From Polyangiales bacterium (lineage in GTDB: Bacteria; Myxococcota_A; Polyangia; Polyangiales; Polyangiaceae): a stretch of 64,000 bases of DNA. Positions within the stretch are counted from its first letter, which is position 1. Every line of letters starts with the position of its first letter. Of this stretch, positions 8,933-20,100 are shown in pieces. A program made the position numbers and the translations under genes. Where the stretch lies: positions 224,001 through 288,000 of the forward strand of contig JBBRLQ010000002.1 of NCBI GenBank assembly GCA_038231275.1. The letters are read 5' to 3'. The notes below the pieces were generated by a model that ran no database searches, had not been told where the DNA came from, and saw only the letters and a list, made by a program, of their open reading frames with translations.

Positions 8933-10381
8933 TTAATTCAGGATGGGCGCGCCGTTCGGGGAGACGGGCGGCGCAACGGTCGGCGTGGTCGGCGGGGGCG
9001 GAGCTTGCGTGGCCGTGCTGGTGGCGGCGACGCTCGACCCCTTTCCGCTCCGAGGCCGCGCGTCCTTCGGCGTTCGCCCGGGCGGAACGGCGGGCGAAGG
9101 CGCGCTCGAGGCCGCGGCGGCCGCAGCGAGGGGCAGCGCGTTCGGATCCATCGCGGGAGGCGGCGGGGGTGAGGGCGGCGGCGGCGGCGACGGAGCTGCG
9201 GCCTTCGACGTGACGGCTGCAACGGGCGCACTCTCTGCGGGCGCGGGAGGTCGGCGCGTCGCCACGGCGTACAGCGCGATCGCGGCCGTGAAGGCGACCG
9301 CGGCGCCCGCGGCGAGGCCACCCGCGAAGGTGCGTCGGCGGCTCGGAGGCGCCTTGTTGCCCGACCCCGTCGCGCCCCACGTCACGCCGGTCCCGGCCTT
9401 GTCCTGGCTCGGCGCACGCACCGACTCTCGAGGCACCTCGAGCTGATCGACCGTGTCCACCAGAGACCGCCACGGCCGATCGAGGGCGCCTCGCTGGGCG
9501 CTCGACGAGAAGGGCTCGATCGCCGCCGCCAGCTGCGCCACCGTCGCGTAGCGCTTCGCGGGATCCTTCTCGAGGCACCGCATGATCATCGCGACGAGCT
9601 CGGGAGGCAGGCCTTCCCGCAGCGCGCCGAGCGGCTCGGGCGGCTCCGATGTCACCTTGAGGCACAGCTCGGTCACGGTCTCCCCGTCGAAGGGGACGCG
9701 CCCCGCGAGGAGCTCGTACAAGATGACGCCGAGCGACCACACGTCGCTTCGCGCGTCGGCGTTCCGCGCCGCGCGCATCTGCTCGGGTGCCATGTACAGC
9801 GGCGAGCCGAGGACGACCGTAGAATCGGTGAGCGAGAGCTGACCGATGGCCGCCGGCCCCGTCGCCTTGAAGATGCCGAAGTCGAGCACCTTCACGAGCG
9901 GGCTCCCGTTCATGCGGCGCGTGACGAAGAGGTTCTGCGGCTTGAGATCGCGGTGGATGATGCCGTTCGCGTGCGCCTCGATGAGCGCCTCGCAGGCTTG
10001 CAGCACGTACTCGGTCGCGTCGCCTACCGTGACCGGCGCCTGGCGACGCGCGAGCTTCGCGAGATCCGACCCCTCGAGCAGCTCCATCACGATGAACGGC
10101 GCGCCCGTCGCGAGCGTGCCGACGTCGTACACACGGGCGATGTGCTCGCCCTTCAGGCGCACGCTCGCCTTCGCCTCGCGGAGGAAGCGCTCGACCGACT
10201 CCGGCCCCTTGAGCGCGCCGGGCAGGATGAACTTCAAGGCGACGCGCTGCTCGATCGCAGTGTGCGTCGCGGCGACGACCACGCCCATTCCGCCGGCGCC
10301 GAGCACCGCGTCCACGCGGTATTTTCCGGCGACGATCTCTCCGATCTCGACAGGGGGTTTTCGATGCTCGTCGTCCCGCAT
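8933..10381 (-). CDS. Membrane Ser/Thr protein kinase (Hanks type)
   Basis: [39 protein letters not shown]; one TM segment and a Pro-rich C-terminus. Confidence 0.95.
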   Translation of the reverse strand: MRDDEHRKPPVEIGEIVAGKYRVDAVLGAGGMGVVVAATHTAIEQRVALKFILPGALKGPESVERFLREAKASVRLKGEHIARVYDVGTLATGAPFIVMELLEGSDLAKLARRQAPVTVGDATEYVLQACEALIEAHANGIIHRDLKPQNLFVTRRMNGSPLVKVLDFGIFKATGPAAIGQLSLTDSTVVLGSPLYMAPEQMRAARNADARSDVWSLGVILYELLAGRVPFDGETVTELCLKVTSEPPEPLGALREGLPPELVAMIMRCLEKDPAKRYATVAQLAAAIEPFSSSAQRGALDRPWRSLVDTVDQLEVPRESVRAPSQDKAGTGVTWGATGSGNKAPPSRRRTFAGGLAAGAAVAFTAAIALYAVATRRPPAPAESAPVAAVTSKAAAPSPPPPPSPPPPPAMDPNALPLAAAAAASSAPSPAVPPGRTPKDARPRSGKGSSVAATSTATQAPPPPTTPTVAPPVSPNGAPILN

Positions 10382-10455
10382 TCGGCGGTTCGAAGCCTAG
10401 CATCGAACGGCGTTTGCGCTTCCGCTGGGGCGCCTCCGGAGTACGCTCGGCCTTC

Positions 10456-11769
10456 GTGAAGACCGTCGCCCGTTTCGTGAGCCTTTTCATGCTGGCAGCG
10501 TGCTCCTCGCCGCGCCCGCCGATTCCTTCGAGCCCCGCGGCAAGGGCGGACCTGCCGAGGGCCACCCCTTCGGCCGGCTCCTCCCCTGCCCCCTCCTCCT
10601 CTCCGCCCTCCTCCCCGCGCGCCCCCGAGGCCAAGGCCATGACGACGTTCGACGACGAGGTCGCGTTCCTGAAGAAGCGCGGCGGCGTGATCGTGCTCAG
10701 GTCGAAGGGCGGTGGCGTGGTCGCCGTGTCCCCGAGCTACCAAGGGCGCGTCATGACGAGCGCCGTCGCCCCGAGCGCGCCGAGCCTCGGCTTCGTGCAT
10801 CGCACCTTCATCGAGAAGGGCGCGACGGGAACACCGTTCGACAACTACGGCGGCGAGGATCGGTTCTGGCTCGGTCCCGAGGGCGGCCAGTTCGCGCTCT
10901 ACTTTCCGAAAGGCGCGCCCTTCGCGTTCGACAAATGGCAGACGCCCGCCGCGTTCCAGCTCGGCGAGTGGCCGATCAAGCACGACAGCCCGACCGAGGT
11001 GACGTTCGAGCGCGACATGACGCTGACGAGCTACGCCGGCACGACGTTCACGCTCAAAGTGACGCGCACCGTGCGCCTCCTCTCCGAGGCCGACGTGCGC
11101 GCGCGCGCCGGCGCGGCGATCCCGGCGGGCGTCGCGTGGGTGGCCTTCGAGACGGAGAACCGCATCACGAACACCGGCACGACGCCGTGGACGAAGGACA
11201 AGGGCCTGCTCAGCGTGTGGATCCTCGGCATGTACAACCCGAGCCCCGACACGCACGTCATCGTCCCGTTCGAGCGCGCCGCGAAGGGCGAGATCGTGAA
11301 CGATCGCTACTTCGGCAAAGTCCCCGCCGAGCGCCTCGCCGTCCGTGAGGCCGAAGGCGTGCTCGTCTTCTCGTGCGACGGGACATACCGCAGCAAGATC
11401 GGCCTCGGCCCGGCGCGCGCGAAGCCGCTCCTCGGCAGCTACTCGCCGAGCGCGCGCCTCCTCACGCTCGTCCACTTCGACAAACCGGCGGGCGCGACCG
11501 ATTACGTCAACAGCATGTGGGAGACGCAGAAGCAGCCGTTCGGAGGCGACGTCGTGAACAGCTACAACGACGGGCCGACGGAGCCGGGGAAGCCGTCGCT
11601 CGGCGGCTTCTACGAGCTCGAGACGAGCTCACCCGCCGCCGCGCTCGCGCCCGGCGCCTCGCTCGTGCACACGCACCGCACGATGCACCTGGTGGGCGAC
11701 GAGTCGGCGCTGGAGGTGCTCGCGAAGCCCGCCCTGGGCATCTCGCTCGCGGCGGTCCGAGCGAACTGA
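10456..11769 (+). CDS. Conserved hypothetical lipoprotein (DUF6786-like)
   Basis: Lipobox LAA-C and Pro/Ser linker; YQGRVMTS, GGEDRFWLGPEGGQF, WILGM and FYELETSSPA motifs recalled from this family. Confidence 0.7.
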   Translation: MKTVARFVSLFMLAACSSPRPPIPSSPAARADLPRATPSAGSSPAPSSSPPSSPRAPEAKAMTTFDDEVAFLKKRGGVIVLRSKGGGVVAVSPSYQGRVMTSAVAPSAPSLGFVHRTFIEKGATGTPFDNYGGEDRFWLGPEGGQFALYFPKGAPFAFDKWQTPAAFQLGEWPIKHDSPTEVTFERDMTLTSYAGTTFTLKVTRTVRLLSEADVRARAGAAIPAGVAWVAFETENRITNTGTTPWTKDKGLLSVWILGMYNPSPDTHVIVPFERAAKGEIVNDRYFGKVPAERLAVREAEGVLVFSCDGTYRSKIGLGPARAKPLLGSYSPSARLLTLVHFDKPAGATDYVNSMWETQKQPFGGDVVNSYNDGPTEPGKPSLGGFYELETSSPAAALAPGASLVHTHRTMHLVGDESALEVLAKPALGISLAAVRAN

Positions 11770-11778
11770 TTTCGGCGT

Positions 11779-13062
11779 CTATTTGAGCGCGAACGCGGCC
11801 AACGCCAGCGCGAGAACGAGCGCGATCGACACGTATTTCCAGAGCTCACGATCGCGCACCGCTTCGGGCCGAGGCGGCGACGGTGCTCTGGGCGCCGGAC
11901 GCGACGCGGGCTTCTTCTTCTTCTTCTTGGCGGCTGGCGAAGCGGGCGGCGGAGGCGGGGGAGGAGGCGCCTTCACCTCGACCGACGACACGCGATCCTC
12001 GTCGCGCCCCTCGCCCGCACCGCGCTTCACCTCCGGCAACGCGAGCGGCGGCGGCATCGTCTGCGGGCGTACGGGCCTCGTCTTCGCGACCTTGAGCCAC
12101 GCGGTCTGACGCGCGAGATCGCCGACGAACAACTCCGCGAGGTACGCCTCCAGCGTGGCGCCGTTGGGACGCTCGGCCGCCGGCAGCGTCGCGAGGAACG
12201 CGTCGAGATCGGCCGCCATCGTCGCCGCGGTCGGGTAGCGATCCTCGGGTTTGGGCTGGAGGGATCGCTCGACGATCCTCCAGAGCTCCTTGGGATACTC
12301 GGGCATGCTCGTGGTGAGCTTGGGGACCTGCGCCTGCCGGATCGCGTCGATCGTCGCGATGTCGCTGTCGCGCTTGAAGAGGCGCTTGCCCGATCCGAGC
12401 TCCCACAGCGTGGTTCCGAGCGAGTAGAGATCGCTCCGGCCGTCGACGCGATCCTGGAGGATTTGCTCGGGCGAGAGGTACGGCACCTTCCCCTTCACGA
12501 TGCCGTCGCCGGTCTTCGCGCGCTGGTTTCGCATCTTCGCGAGACCGAAGTCGATGAGCTTCACGCGGCCGTCGAACGCGAGGAAGATGTTGCTTGGGTT
12601 CACGTCACGGTGAATGACGTGGAGGGACTGCCCCTCTTCATCCGCGAGAGTATGCGCATGCTCGAGGCCGTCTGCGACGCGCGCGCAGATCCACGCCCCG
12701 AGGGCCAGCGGCACGCGCTCTCCTTTGGCGGCGAGCAGCTCCCACATGTCCATGAGCGAGCGGCCGATGAGAAGCTCCATCGCGATGAAGCGATTCGCCC
12801 CGGTGACGCCGAACTCGAGCGTCTCGATGATGTTCGGGTGGCTGAGGCGCGAGAGGACCTTCGCCTCGTCGAGGAACATGTGGATGAAGGTCTCGTCCTG
12901 CGCGAGCTCGTCGCGAATGACCTTGAGGGCGACGAGCTGCTCCTTCGCGCCATCCATCTTGCGCCCGATGTAGACCGTCGCCATACCTCCCCCCGCGATC
13001 TTCGCGCCGACGTCGTACGGGCCGAGTCGGGTGGGCGGCTGCGGGCTGGCGGTCGCGGTCAA
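11779..13062 (-). CDS. Ser/Thr protein kinase with C-terminal TM anchor
   Basis: AGGGMATVY, VALK, HRDVNPSN, DFGLAK, KGKVPYLSPEQ, DLYSLG. Start uncertain (TTG 13062 chosen). Confidence 0.92.
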   Translation of the reverse strand: MTATASPQPPTRLGPYDVGAKIAGGGMATVYIGRKMDGAKEQLVALKVIRDELAQDETFIHMFLDEAKVLSRLSHPNIIETLEFGVTGANRFIAMELLIGRSLMDMWELLAAKGERVPLALGAWICARVADGLEHAHTLADEEGQSLHVIHRDVNPSNIFLAFDGRVKLIDFGLAKMRNQRAKTGDGIVKGKVPYLSPEQILQDRVDGRSDLYSLGTTLWELGSGKRLFKRDSDIATIDAIRQAQVPKLTTSMPEYPKELWRIVERSLQPKPEDRYPTAATMAADLDAFLATLPAAERPNGATLEAYLAELFVGDLARQTAWLKVAKTRPVRPQTMPPPLALPEVKRGAGEGRDEDRVSSVEVKAPPPPPPPPASPAAKKKKKKPASRPAPRAPSPPRPEAVRDRELWKYVSIALVLALALAAFALK

Positions 13063-13134
13063 GGGTGGTCTCGTGGGGACAGCAGGAGGGTAGCCGGGTT
13101 TCTCTTCGAGTGTACCATTCCAAGGGTGGGGCCC

Positions 13135-13656
13135 GTGCTTTACTCCGCCCGCCTCGAGATGCGCCCGATCACGCTCGCGATCGTGGAGGCGGTGATGACG
13201 GGGCGGCGGGAGGACGTCGAGGTGCTCGCAGGTGCGCGGGTGCCCGAGGCATGGCCGGGGCGGGCGCTGGTCGAGGTCGCGTTCTGCGCCTCGCTCGAGA
13301 ACATCCGCGCCGATCCGGAGACGCGACTGTGGGGCGACCGCCTCATGATCGCGCGCGAAGGCGAGCCGCGCGTCGTGGGGAGCGTGGTCTTTCACGGGCG
13401 GCCAGGCGCCGACGGGCTCTGCGAGATCGGCTACGGCGTGGCCGCGGAATCGCAGCGGCTGGGCTTTGCGACGGAGGCGGTCGCCGCGTCGGTGGGGTGG
13501 GCGCGCGCGCAGCCGGAGGTGAAGACCATCCAAGCCACGACCTTCGGGTGGCATTTTGCCTCGATCCGCGTCCTCGAGAAATGCGGATTTTCCCAGGCGG
13601 GCACGAGGGACCACGAGACGCTGGGAGAGCTCCTCGTCTACGAGCTGCGACGGTAG
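13135..13656 (+). CDS. GNAT family N-acetyltransferase (RimJ/RimL-like)
   Basis: SARLEMRP, EIGYGVA...QRLGFATEA, ASIRVLEKCGF. Confidence 0.9.
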   Translation: MLYSARLEMRPITLAIVEAVMTGRREDVEVLAGARVPEAWPGRALVEVAFCASLENIRADPETRLWGDRLMIAREGEPRVVGSVVFHGRPGADGLCEIGYGVAAESQRLGFATEAVAASVGWARAQPEVKTIQATTFGWHFASIRVLEKCGFSQAGTRDHETLGELLVYELRR

Positions 13657-13665
13657 ACGCGTGCC

Positions 13666-16600
13666 TCACACGCGCAAGAGCACACCTCGCGCGGGGGCTC
13701 CCGTCGCGCGCGCGATGGCATCGACGTACGTGGTGACCTGCGCGGCGTAGCGCTCCCGGCCCGACGCCGCGAGCTCGATGTCCGTTTTGTAGTCGACGAC
13801 GATCCACGTGCCGCCCTCTTCGAACGCGAGATCGACGACGCCCTCGATGAGCTCGCCGTCGGCGCTCGTGAGCGAGACGAAGACCTCGCGACGGCAGTCC
13901 TTGCTCGCGGCCGCGCGTCGCATCACGGGGTGCGCGAGCGCCGCCGAAGCCGCCTCCGCCGCGGCGTTCGCTTCGTCCTCCGGGGCACCGACGAGGCGCG
14001 CTTGGCTCTCGGCGATCTTCGCGACCACCGCGGGAGACGCGCCAAGCGGCGCCTCGGCGAGGACAGCGTGCACGAGCGTTCCGAAGCGCTTGTGGTGCGG
14101 CCGTCCCTCGCGACGATCCACGACCTCGAGGAGCTCGACGTCGGGCGTCGCGACCTTTCCGCCCTCCTTGGCGGCCTCCGTTGCCGTGCGCACGCGAAGC
14201 TCCGGCACGCCACCCCGCGCGAGGCGCCCCTCCCGCGCGTCCTTCCACGCTTGATGCTGCTTCACGCCGTCGGCCGCTGCCTTTCCATCTTTGTCGGCCT
14301 CGAGGAGCTTGCGCTGCCGGAGCCCCGCCTCGTTCTCCTTGCCGAGCTCGAGCGCCGTCGGATCCCACCACACGACGCGGTGAGCGCCGTGCGTGAGATG
14401 AAGACCTGGAGCGACCGAGGTCTCCGCGCTCCTCTGCGCTTTGTCGGGCCACTCGAGCACTGTGTCGCCGCCCGTGAACGTCGGGCAGCCCGGCGCCGGC
14501 TGCGGCAACCTTTGATCGCGCGGCGCGGGGTAGAGCGCGACGTCGAGCATGTCGAGCCAGCCCTCTTGCGCTCCGTCTCCGAAGGCGGGCACGACGAGCA
14601 GATCGCGCGCGCGCGTCGCGGCCACGTAGCCAAGGCGCACGGCCTCGTCGCGATCGCGGCGGAGCACCTCGTCGCGATGGACGTCGAGATCGCGCGGCGT
14701 GCAGCCGCAGAGTGGCATCGCGCAGAGCTTCGCGTCGGTGTCCGTGAAGCGCGACGGCTCGCGCATCGTCTTCGGCGCGAGCGGATCGACGAGGATGACC
14801 ACGGGAAACTCGAGACCCTTCGCCCGGTGCACGGTCATGAGCCGAACGCCGTCGGTCCCCTCCTCGACCACCGGCGCCTCGGGCGCTCCACCGCGCGCGG
14901 CGTCGTCCTGCATGCGCTGCACGAACGCGCGAAAGCTCGTCGCCGCCGACGACGGGCTCGCCTCGAAGCGACGCGCCAGATCCAAGACGCGCAGGATGTT
15001 GGCGAGCGCCTGCTCCCCGGTCGGCCAGATCGCGACTCCGGCGTGCGCGCGCGTCTGGTCGAGCAGGCGAGCCAGCGTGTCCGCGATCGGCCGACGATTT
15101 CGTGCAAAATGCAGCTCCCGCAAGATCGCGATGGCGTCCCACACCTCGCCGAGCTGCGCCTCGAGCCCCTCGCGCGGCAAGGCGCGCAAGAGGTGGAACG
15201 AGCCGGCGCGATCCTTGTACGCGAGGAGCAGATCGTCCCCCAGCGCGAAGAACGGTCCGCGCAGCGTCGCGAACACCGACAGCTCGTCGTCCGGCCACTC
15301 GATCGCCGAGAGCGCGTTGCGGAGCGCCATGACCTCCTCGCGCGCGTGGTACGAGCGGCCGCCCATGAGCACGTGGGCCACGCCGCGCGCCTCCAGCGCA
15401 CGCACGTATGCGCGCGTCTTGTCCTCCCCGAAGCTCGAGAAGCGCTTGAAGAGCAGACACACATCGCGCGCCTCGAGCGGCCGCGTGACCCCCGCGCGAT
15501 CCCGCTCGGTCACGGTCCATCCGCTCCGGCGAACGAGCCAATCGACGAACGCGCCCACCGCGTCGGGGAGCGACTCGTCGACCTTCCACGAAACGATCTT
15601 GCCGTAGTCGCTGTAGGGCCGCGGCACGCCGAGGGCGACGATCGACGGGCGCGCGAGCGAATCGTGCCGACCAGGCGGCGCCTCGAGCGCCACGTACGAC
15701 GCCTGGCTCCCGTCGTCGCCCCCCTTCATCACACGCGCGAAGGCGTCGTTGACGAAGCGCTGGATCTCCGGCGACGCGCGGAAGCTCGTGACGAGGTGCA
15801 CGACCTTGGCGCCTTGCTCGACGAGGCGCCGCTTCGTTCGCTCGTAGAGCGCGACGTCGGCGCGGCGAAAACGGTATATCGACTGCTTCGGATCGCCGAC
15901 GACGAAGAGCTTTCCCGGTCGCACGCGCACCTTGCGGGCGTCGCGCTCCTCGGGGTCGTCGGCGGCGAGGAGCATCAGGATCTCGGCCTGGAGCGGATCG
16001 GTGTCCTGGAACTCGTCGACGAGGAGGTGCGTGAAGCGGCCCTGCATCGAAGCGCGCACGTCACGGTTGGTCGCGAGGAGATCGCGCGCGCGGACGAGGA
16101 GATCGAGGAAGTCGAGCTTCCCCGCGCGTCCCTTGAGCGCCTCGTACCGCTCTACCAGCGGCCTCATCTCCTCGTGGAGCTGCGCGGCGAGGCTCGCGTC
16201 GAGATCGGAGAGCACACGATCGAGCTCGCCTTTCACGCGCGCGCGCCGATCGAGCACGTCGGAGCGGAGGATGCCCTTTCCGTAGTTCTTGCCGTAACCC
16301 TTCCAGCCCCAGCTCCGCTTCTTGCCCAGCTCGCGTAGCTCCGCCTCGAGGCCGTCGTAGTCGCGTGGGCGCACGCGCTCGCGGCGATCCAGCTCCTCCA
16401 TGAAGCGCGCGAGCTCGGCGAGCCCCTTCTGGAGCCAGTCGTCGCTGCCCGAGGCCTGCGCAGCGAACCCGGCGAGCTCCCCGAGCGCGAGGAGGAGCGC
16501 GTCGATCTCCGCGTGGCGATCCATCGGCACCTTCGTCCATGGGGCGCTGAAATCGCGCTGATCGACGAGATCGAGCCCCGCGCGACGGAGCGCCTCGCGC

Positions 16601-17124
16601 GGTCCGGCGGCGTCGCGATCGCGCGATCGTCGCCGCAGCACGCGCCGCACGCCCTCCTCGGGTCCCTGGAGCTGCTTCTGGAACCAGTCGTCGAAGGCCT
16701 CGTCGAAGATTCGCTCGCGATCCTCGTCGGCGGCCATCTCGAACATCGGATCCACCGCGGCTTCGATCGGTCGCTCGCGCAGCAAGTCGGCACAAAAGCC
16801 GTGGATCGTGCCGATGTGCGCTTGCTCGAGCTGACGAAGGGCGCGATCGAGGTGCTGGCGCTCCGTGGGCGTCGTCTCGCTCCGCGCGCGCGCGGCCTCG
16901 ACGCCGGCGCGCAGGCGCAGCTTCATTTCGCCCGCTGCTTTTTCGGTGAACGTGACGGCGACGATGTTGGCGAGCTCCGCCTTGCCGCGCACGACGAGGG
17001 CGAGCATGCGCGCGACGAGCTCGGTCGTCTTGCCGGTACCGGCGGCGGCCTCGACGACGAGCGTGGCGTCGAGATCGTTTCGGATCGCGTCGCGCGCGTC
17101 TTGATCGAGGAGCGGCGCGCTCAT
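13666..17124 (-). CDS. addA: ATP-dependent helicase/nuclease subunit A (UvrD-like helicase + RecB-type nuclease)
   Basis: ATG 17124 overlaps the addB stop (ATGA); AAAGTGKT, TFTEKAA, TIHGFC, VDEFQDT, VGDPKQSIYRFR, MTVHRAKGLEF, YVAATRAR; C-terminal GVVDL...DYKT. Confidence 0.93.
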   Translation of the reverse strand: MSAPLLDQDARDAIRNDLDATLVVEAAAGTGKTTELVARMLALVVRGKAELANIVAVTFTEKAAGEMKLRLRAGVEAARARSETTPTERQHLDRALRQLEQAHIGTIHGFCADLLRERPIEAAVDPMFEMAADEDRERIFDEAFDDWFQKQLQGPEEGVRRVLRRRSRDRDAAGPREALRRAGLDLVDQRDFSAPWTKVPMDRHAEIDALLLALGELAGFAAQASGSDDWLQKGLAELARFMEELDRRERVRPRDYDGLEAELRELGKKRSWGWKGYGKNYGKGILRSDVLDRRARVKGELDRVLSDLDASLAAQLHEEMRPLVERYEALKGRAGKLDFLDLLVRARDLLATNRDVRASMQGRFTHLLVDEFQDTDPLQAEILMLLAADDPEERDARKVRVRPGKLFVVGDPKQSIYRFRRADVALYERTKRRLVEQGAKVVHLVTSFRASPEIQRFVNDAFARVMKGGDDGSQASYVALEAPPGRHDSLARPSIVALGVPRPYSDYGKIVSWKVDESLPDAVGAFVDWLVRRSGWTVTERDRAGVTRPLEARDVCLLFKRFSSFGEDKTRAYVRALEARGVAHVLMGGRSYHAREEVMALRNALSAIEWPDDELSVFATLRGPFFALGDDLLLAYKDRAGSFHLLRALPREGLEAQLGEVWDAIAILRELHFARNRRPIADTLARLLDQTRAHAGVAIWPTGEQALANILRVLDLARRFEASPSSAATSFRAFVQRMQDDAARGGAPEAPVVEEGTDGVRLMTVHRAKGLEFPVVILVDPLAPKTMREPSRFTDTDAKLCAMPLCGCTPRDLDVHRDEVLRRDRDEAVRLGYVAATRARDLLVVPAFGDGAQEGWLDMLDVALYPAPRDQRLPQPAPGCPTFTGGDTVLEWPDKAQRSAETSVAPGLHLTHGAHRVVWWDPTALELGKENEAGLRQRKLLEADKDGKAAADGVKQHQAWKDAREGRLARGGVPELRVRTATEAAKEGGKVATPDVELLEVVDRREGRPHHKRFGTLVHAVLAEAPLGASPAVVAKIAESQARLVGAPEDEANAAAEAASAALAHPVMRRAAASKDCRREVFVSLTSADGELIEGVVDLAFEEGGTWIVVDYKTDIELAASGRERYAAQVTTYVDAIARATGAPARGVLLRV

Positions 17125-20100
17125 CGTCGCTCCCGTAGCAGCTTCAGGGGCTGCAGCGGCCCGGGGTGCTTGCGCCGCGTCCGCTGCTCTTCGTACGGCC
17201 CGCAGACGACCTTGTAGTCGCAGTACTCGCAGCCCCCCTTCACCGGCGCCGCGGGCAAGAACGGAGTCCTCAGCGCCTCGCCGATCGTGTGCGCCACCGC
17301 GCGCGCCCCCTCGCGCGCGTCCTCGTCGAGCGGCACCAGCGTCTCCTTGAAGTCGCCGACCGAGGTCAGATAATAGAGGCGCCCACCCTCGACCTTGGTG
17401 CCTGGCAGGAGCTTCTCCAAGACGAGCGAGTACATGACGGGCTGGAGCACCTCTCCGCCGCCGATGACGACGCCGGGCTTCGTGCGCGCTTTGCCGGTTT
17501 TGTAGTCGGTCGCGCGGATGCGACCGTCGGCGTGGCGCTCGACGAGATCGATCGAGCCGCGCAGGCGGAGGCCCTCGTCGAGGTGGACGTCCTCCTTCTT
17601 GCTCGCAGGATCCTGCGCGTCGCGCCGATCGGGGAGCCCGAACGACAGCTCGAAGTGCGTCGGGACCCACTCCGGATCTTCTGCGGCGCGACGCAGCCAC
17701 TCCACGAGATCCGCTTTGATCGACGCGATGCCGTCCTCCCAGACGCGTGGGATGGCCGGGCAGAGATCGAAGCGATGCTTCTCGGAGACCTCGGCGATCA
17801 CGCTGTCGAGATGAACGCGCGCGGTCTCCCGGTTCGCGGGGGTGACAGGGAGGAGGCCCTCCGCGCGCAGGCGGACGTGGAGCTCGTACAAGATGTCGTG
17901 CACGAGCGAGCCTTTTTGAAGCGGATCCAGCTCCTCGAGCGCCTCCGGCTCCTCGCGCGGTCCGAGCTTGTGGAGCGCGTAGAGGACGAATTTGTACGGG
18001 CACGTCGCAAAATTCTGGAGCGCCGTGGGCGAGAACGAGCGCGCGCCGGGCTGGTGCTTGGCGAGCGCCGCCTTCGCGATGTCTTGCGGCGCGACGAGGC
18101 CGTCGGCCGAATAGAATTTTTTCTCCCATCGCGTGAAGCGGAAGCGCAGCGCGCGCGCAAGGTGGACGTTGGCGCCGAGCAGGTAGCGCGCGGAGCCGGC
18201 GGTCTCGACCTCGGGGCGCTGGAAGACCTGCGCGAGGAGGGCGAGATCGTGCTCGGCGTCGTCGATGGCCTCGAGCGGCGACGCGGGAGCGGGCCAGCCG
18301 AGGCGCGCGAGGCTCTCCTTCTCGGCGCGGCGCGCGAGCTCGTCGAAGCCGGGAAGCACGCCCTCGGCGGCGCGGAGCACCTCGAGGCCGTAGAACGACG
18401 GCGTGCGCGGGCGCGACTGCTCGGTGTCGATGCGCGGGTACGAGAGGCACACCTTGGTGCGCGCTGCGCCGACGGCGAGGTGGAGCGCGAGGCGTTCGGC
18501 CAGCACGCGATCTTCGTTCACGACGAGGCGCGCATCGAGCGCAAGGCGATCGGCGTCGCGCAAGATCGGGTCTTCCGCGACCTTCTGCGGAAAGATCTTC
18601 TCGCTGAGGCCGGGGACGAAGACCACGTCGAACGAGAGCCCACGCGCCCCGTCGGCGCCGCCCACGTACAATTTTCCGTAACGACGTTCACCCGGGAAAA
18701 CGAGCAGATCACATAGGCGCTTGCCGAGCGCGAGGCGCACCTCCCGCAGATCCACGGACGTGACGCCGGCCATCGGCGCGAGCTCGCCGAGCACTGCGAT
18801 GACGCGCTCCGGTCGACGCAGCGCGCGCGTCGCGAGATCGCCGAGCGCGTCGATCCACGTGCGCCAGGTCCCTTCGCGCGGGAGCGCCGCGAGCATGTCG
18901 AGCAAAGGGAGGGCGTACGTCTGGAGCGACGCCAGATCGGCGAGCTCGCGGGCGATTCGCTCGCGGCTCGGAGAGTCGGGATCGTCGATCGCGCGCAGGT
19001 CCAGCTCCCGCTCGCGGGCGAGGCCGGAGAGACGCTTCTCCCACCGATCACGCCCGCCGATGACCGCCGCCTCGACGAGCAAGCGCTCCCACCGGCGCGG
19101 CGCGCGGAGCGTTCCTCCCACGACCGGAGCGTCGTCGGCGATGGGCTCGTGCGCCGTCGCCTCTTCCCCCGCCGCCTCCTCGAGGCGCGTCCGTGACACT
19201 ACGGAAGGCAGCGCGTCCTCGTCGGGCGCGACGAAACGCTCTCCCGCGAGCTTCGCGGCGGGCGGTCGTCCGAGCTCGTCCGCCGCGGGGACCTCGCCGA
19301 GCGAGAGGTACTCCGCGAAGCGCCGCGCCGAGAGCCCCTCGGCCGCGCAGGCCAAGAGCGCCAGGAGCGCGCGCCCCGACGGGTCCGGGACGAGCGTGCC
19401 TTGCGCGAAATGAACCGGGATCGACGCGCGACGCAGCGCCTCCACGAGGTGCGCGCGGTACGGCGCGACGGAGCGCAGGAGGACCGCCATTCGATCGAAC
19501 GGCACTCCGCGCGACGCCTCGGCGAGGACGCGCCGCGCGATCTCCACGCACTCGCGGCTCTCCCCAGGCGCGGAGAGGATCGTGACTTCTGCGCTGCCCT
19601 CGCCACCGGACGCGAGCTCGCGAAAGAGACCCTCTTGCAGGCGCGCGAGAGCGCCGCTCCCAGGGACCGGCGCCTCCACACCGACGACGCCGAGCGCACT
19701 TTCCAAGAGCGCGCGCGATCGCTCGTCGCCGCGCGGGCACGTCGCGAGCACGTCGCCGCTCCGCGCGGCGAGCGCCGCGATGAGGCTCGCTTCGAGCGCA
19801 CCGCCGACCGCGACGTCGAGCAAGAGAGTAGGGACACCGAGGACCGCGTCGGCCGCTGCTCCGCTCGGCGCCCCTCGGCCCGCGGCGCGAAGGGTGGCGA
19901 GGCGCAACACCTCCGCGCGATCGGCGAGGCGCGCCGCCGCGAGCTCGGCTTCATACGCCTCTTGGACGCGCGCGAGATCGGCGTCGGCGAGGCGCGCCGG
20001 TGCGACCTCGGCCATGCGAAGCTCGAGGATGGATCGCGCCAGCGCGCGCGGCAGACCCGGGCGATCGGCGACGACGGCGAAACGCCCGAGCGCCCCCTTC

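Noticed and set aside
9860-9885. Kinase DFGIFK instead of the usual DFGISK/DFGIAK
   Set aside because: Single substitution outside the invariant DFG; all catalytic motifs are intact; could be a variant or a base error.
13343-18716. Long alternative-frame ORFs (748, 802, 516 aa) and the 1594-aa extension of addA
   Set aside because: Shadows of addAB. The real addA start is ATG 17124, overlapping the addB stop; the extension is Arg-rich off-frame addB sequence.
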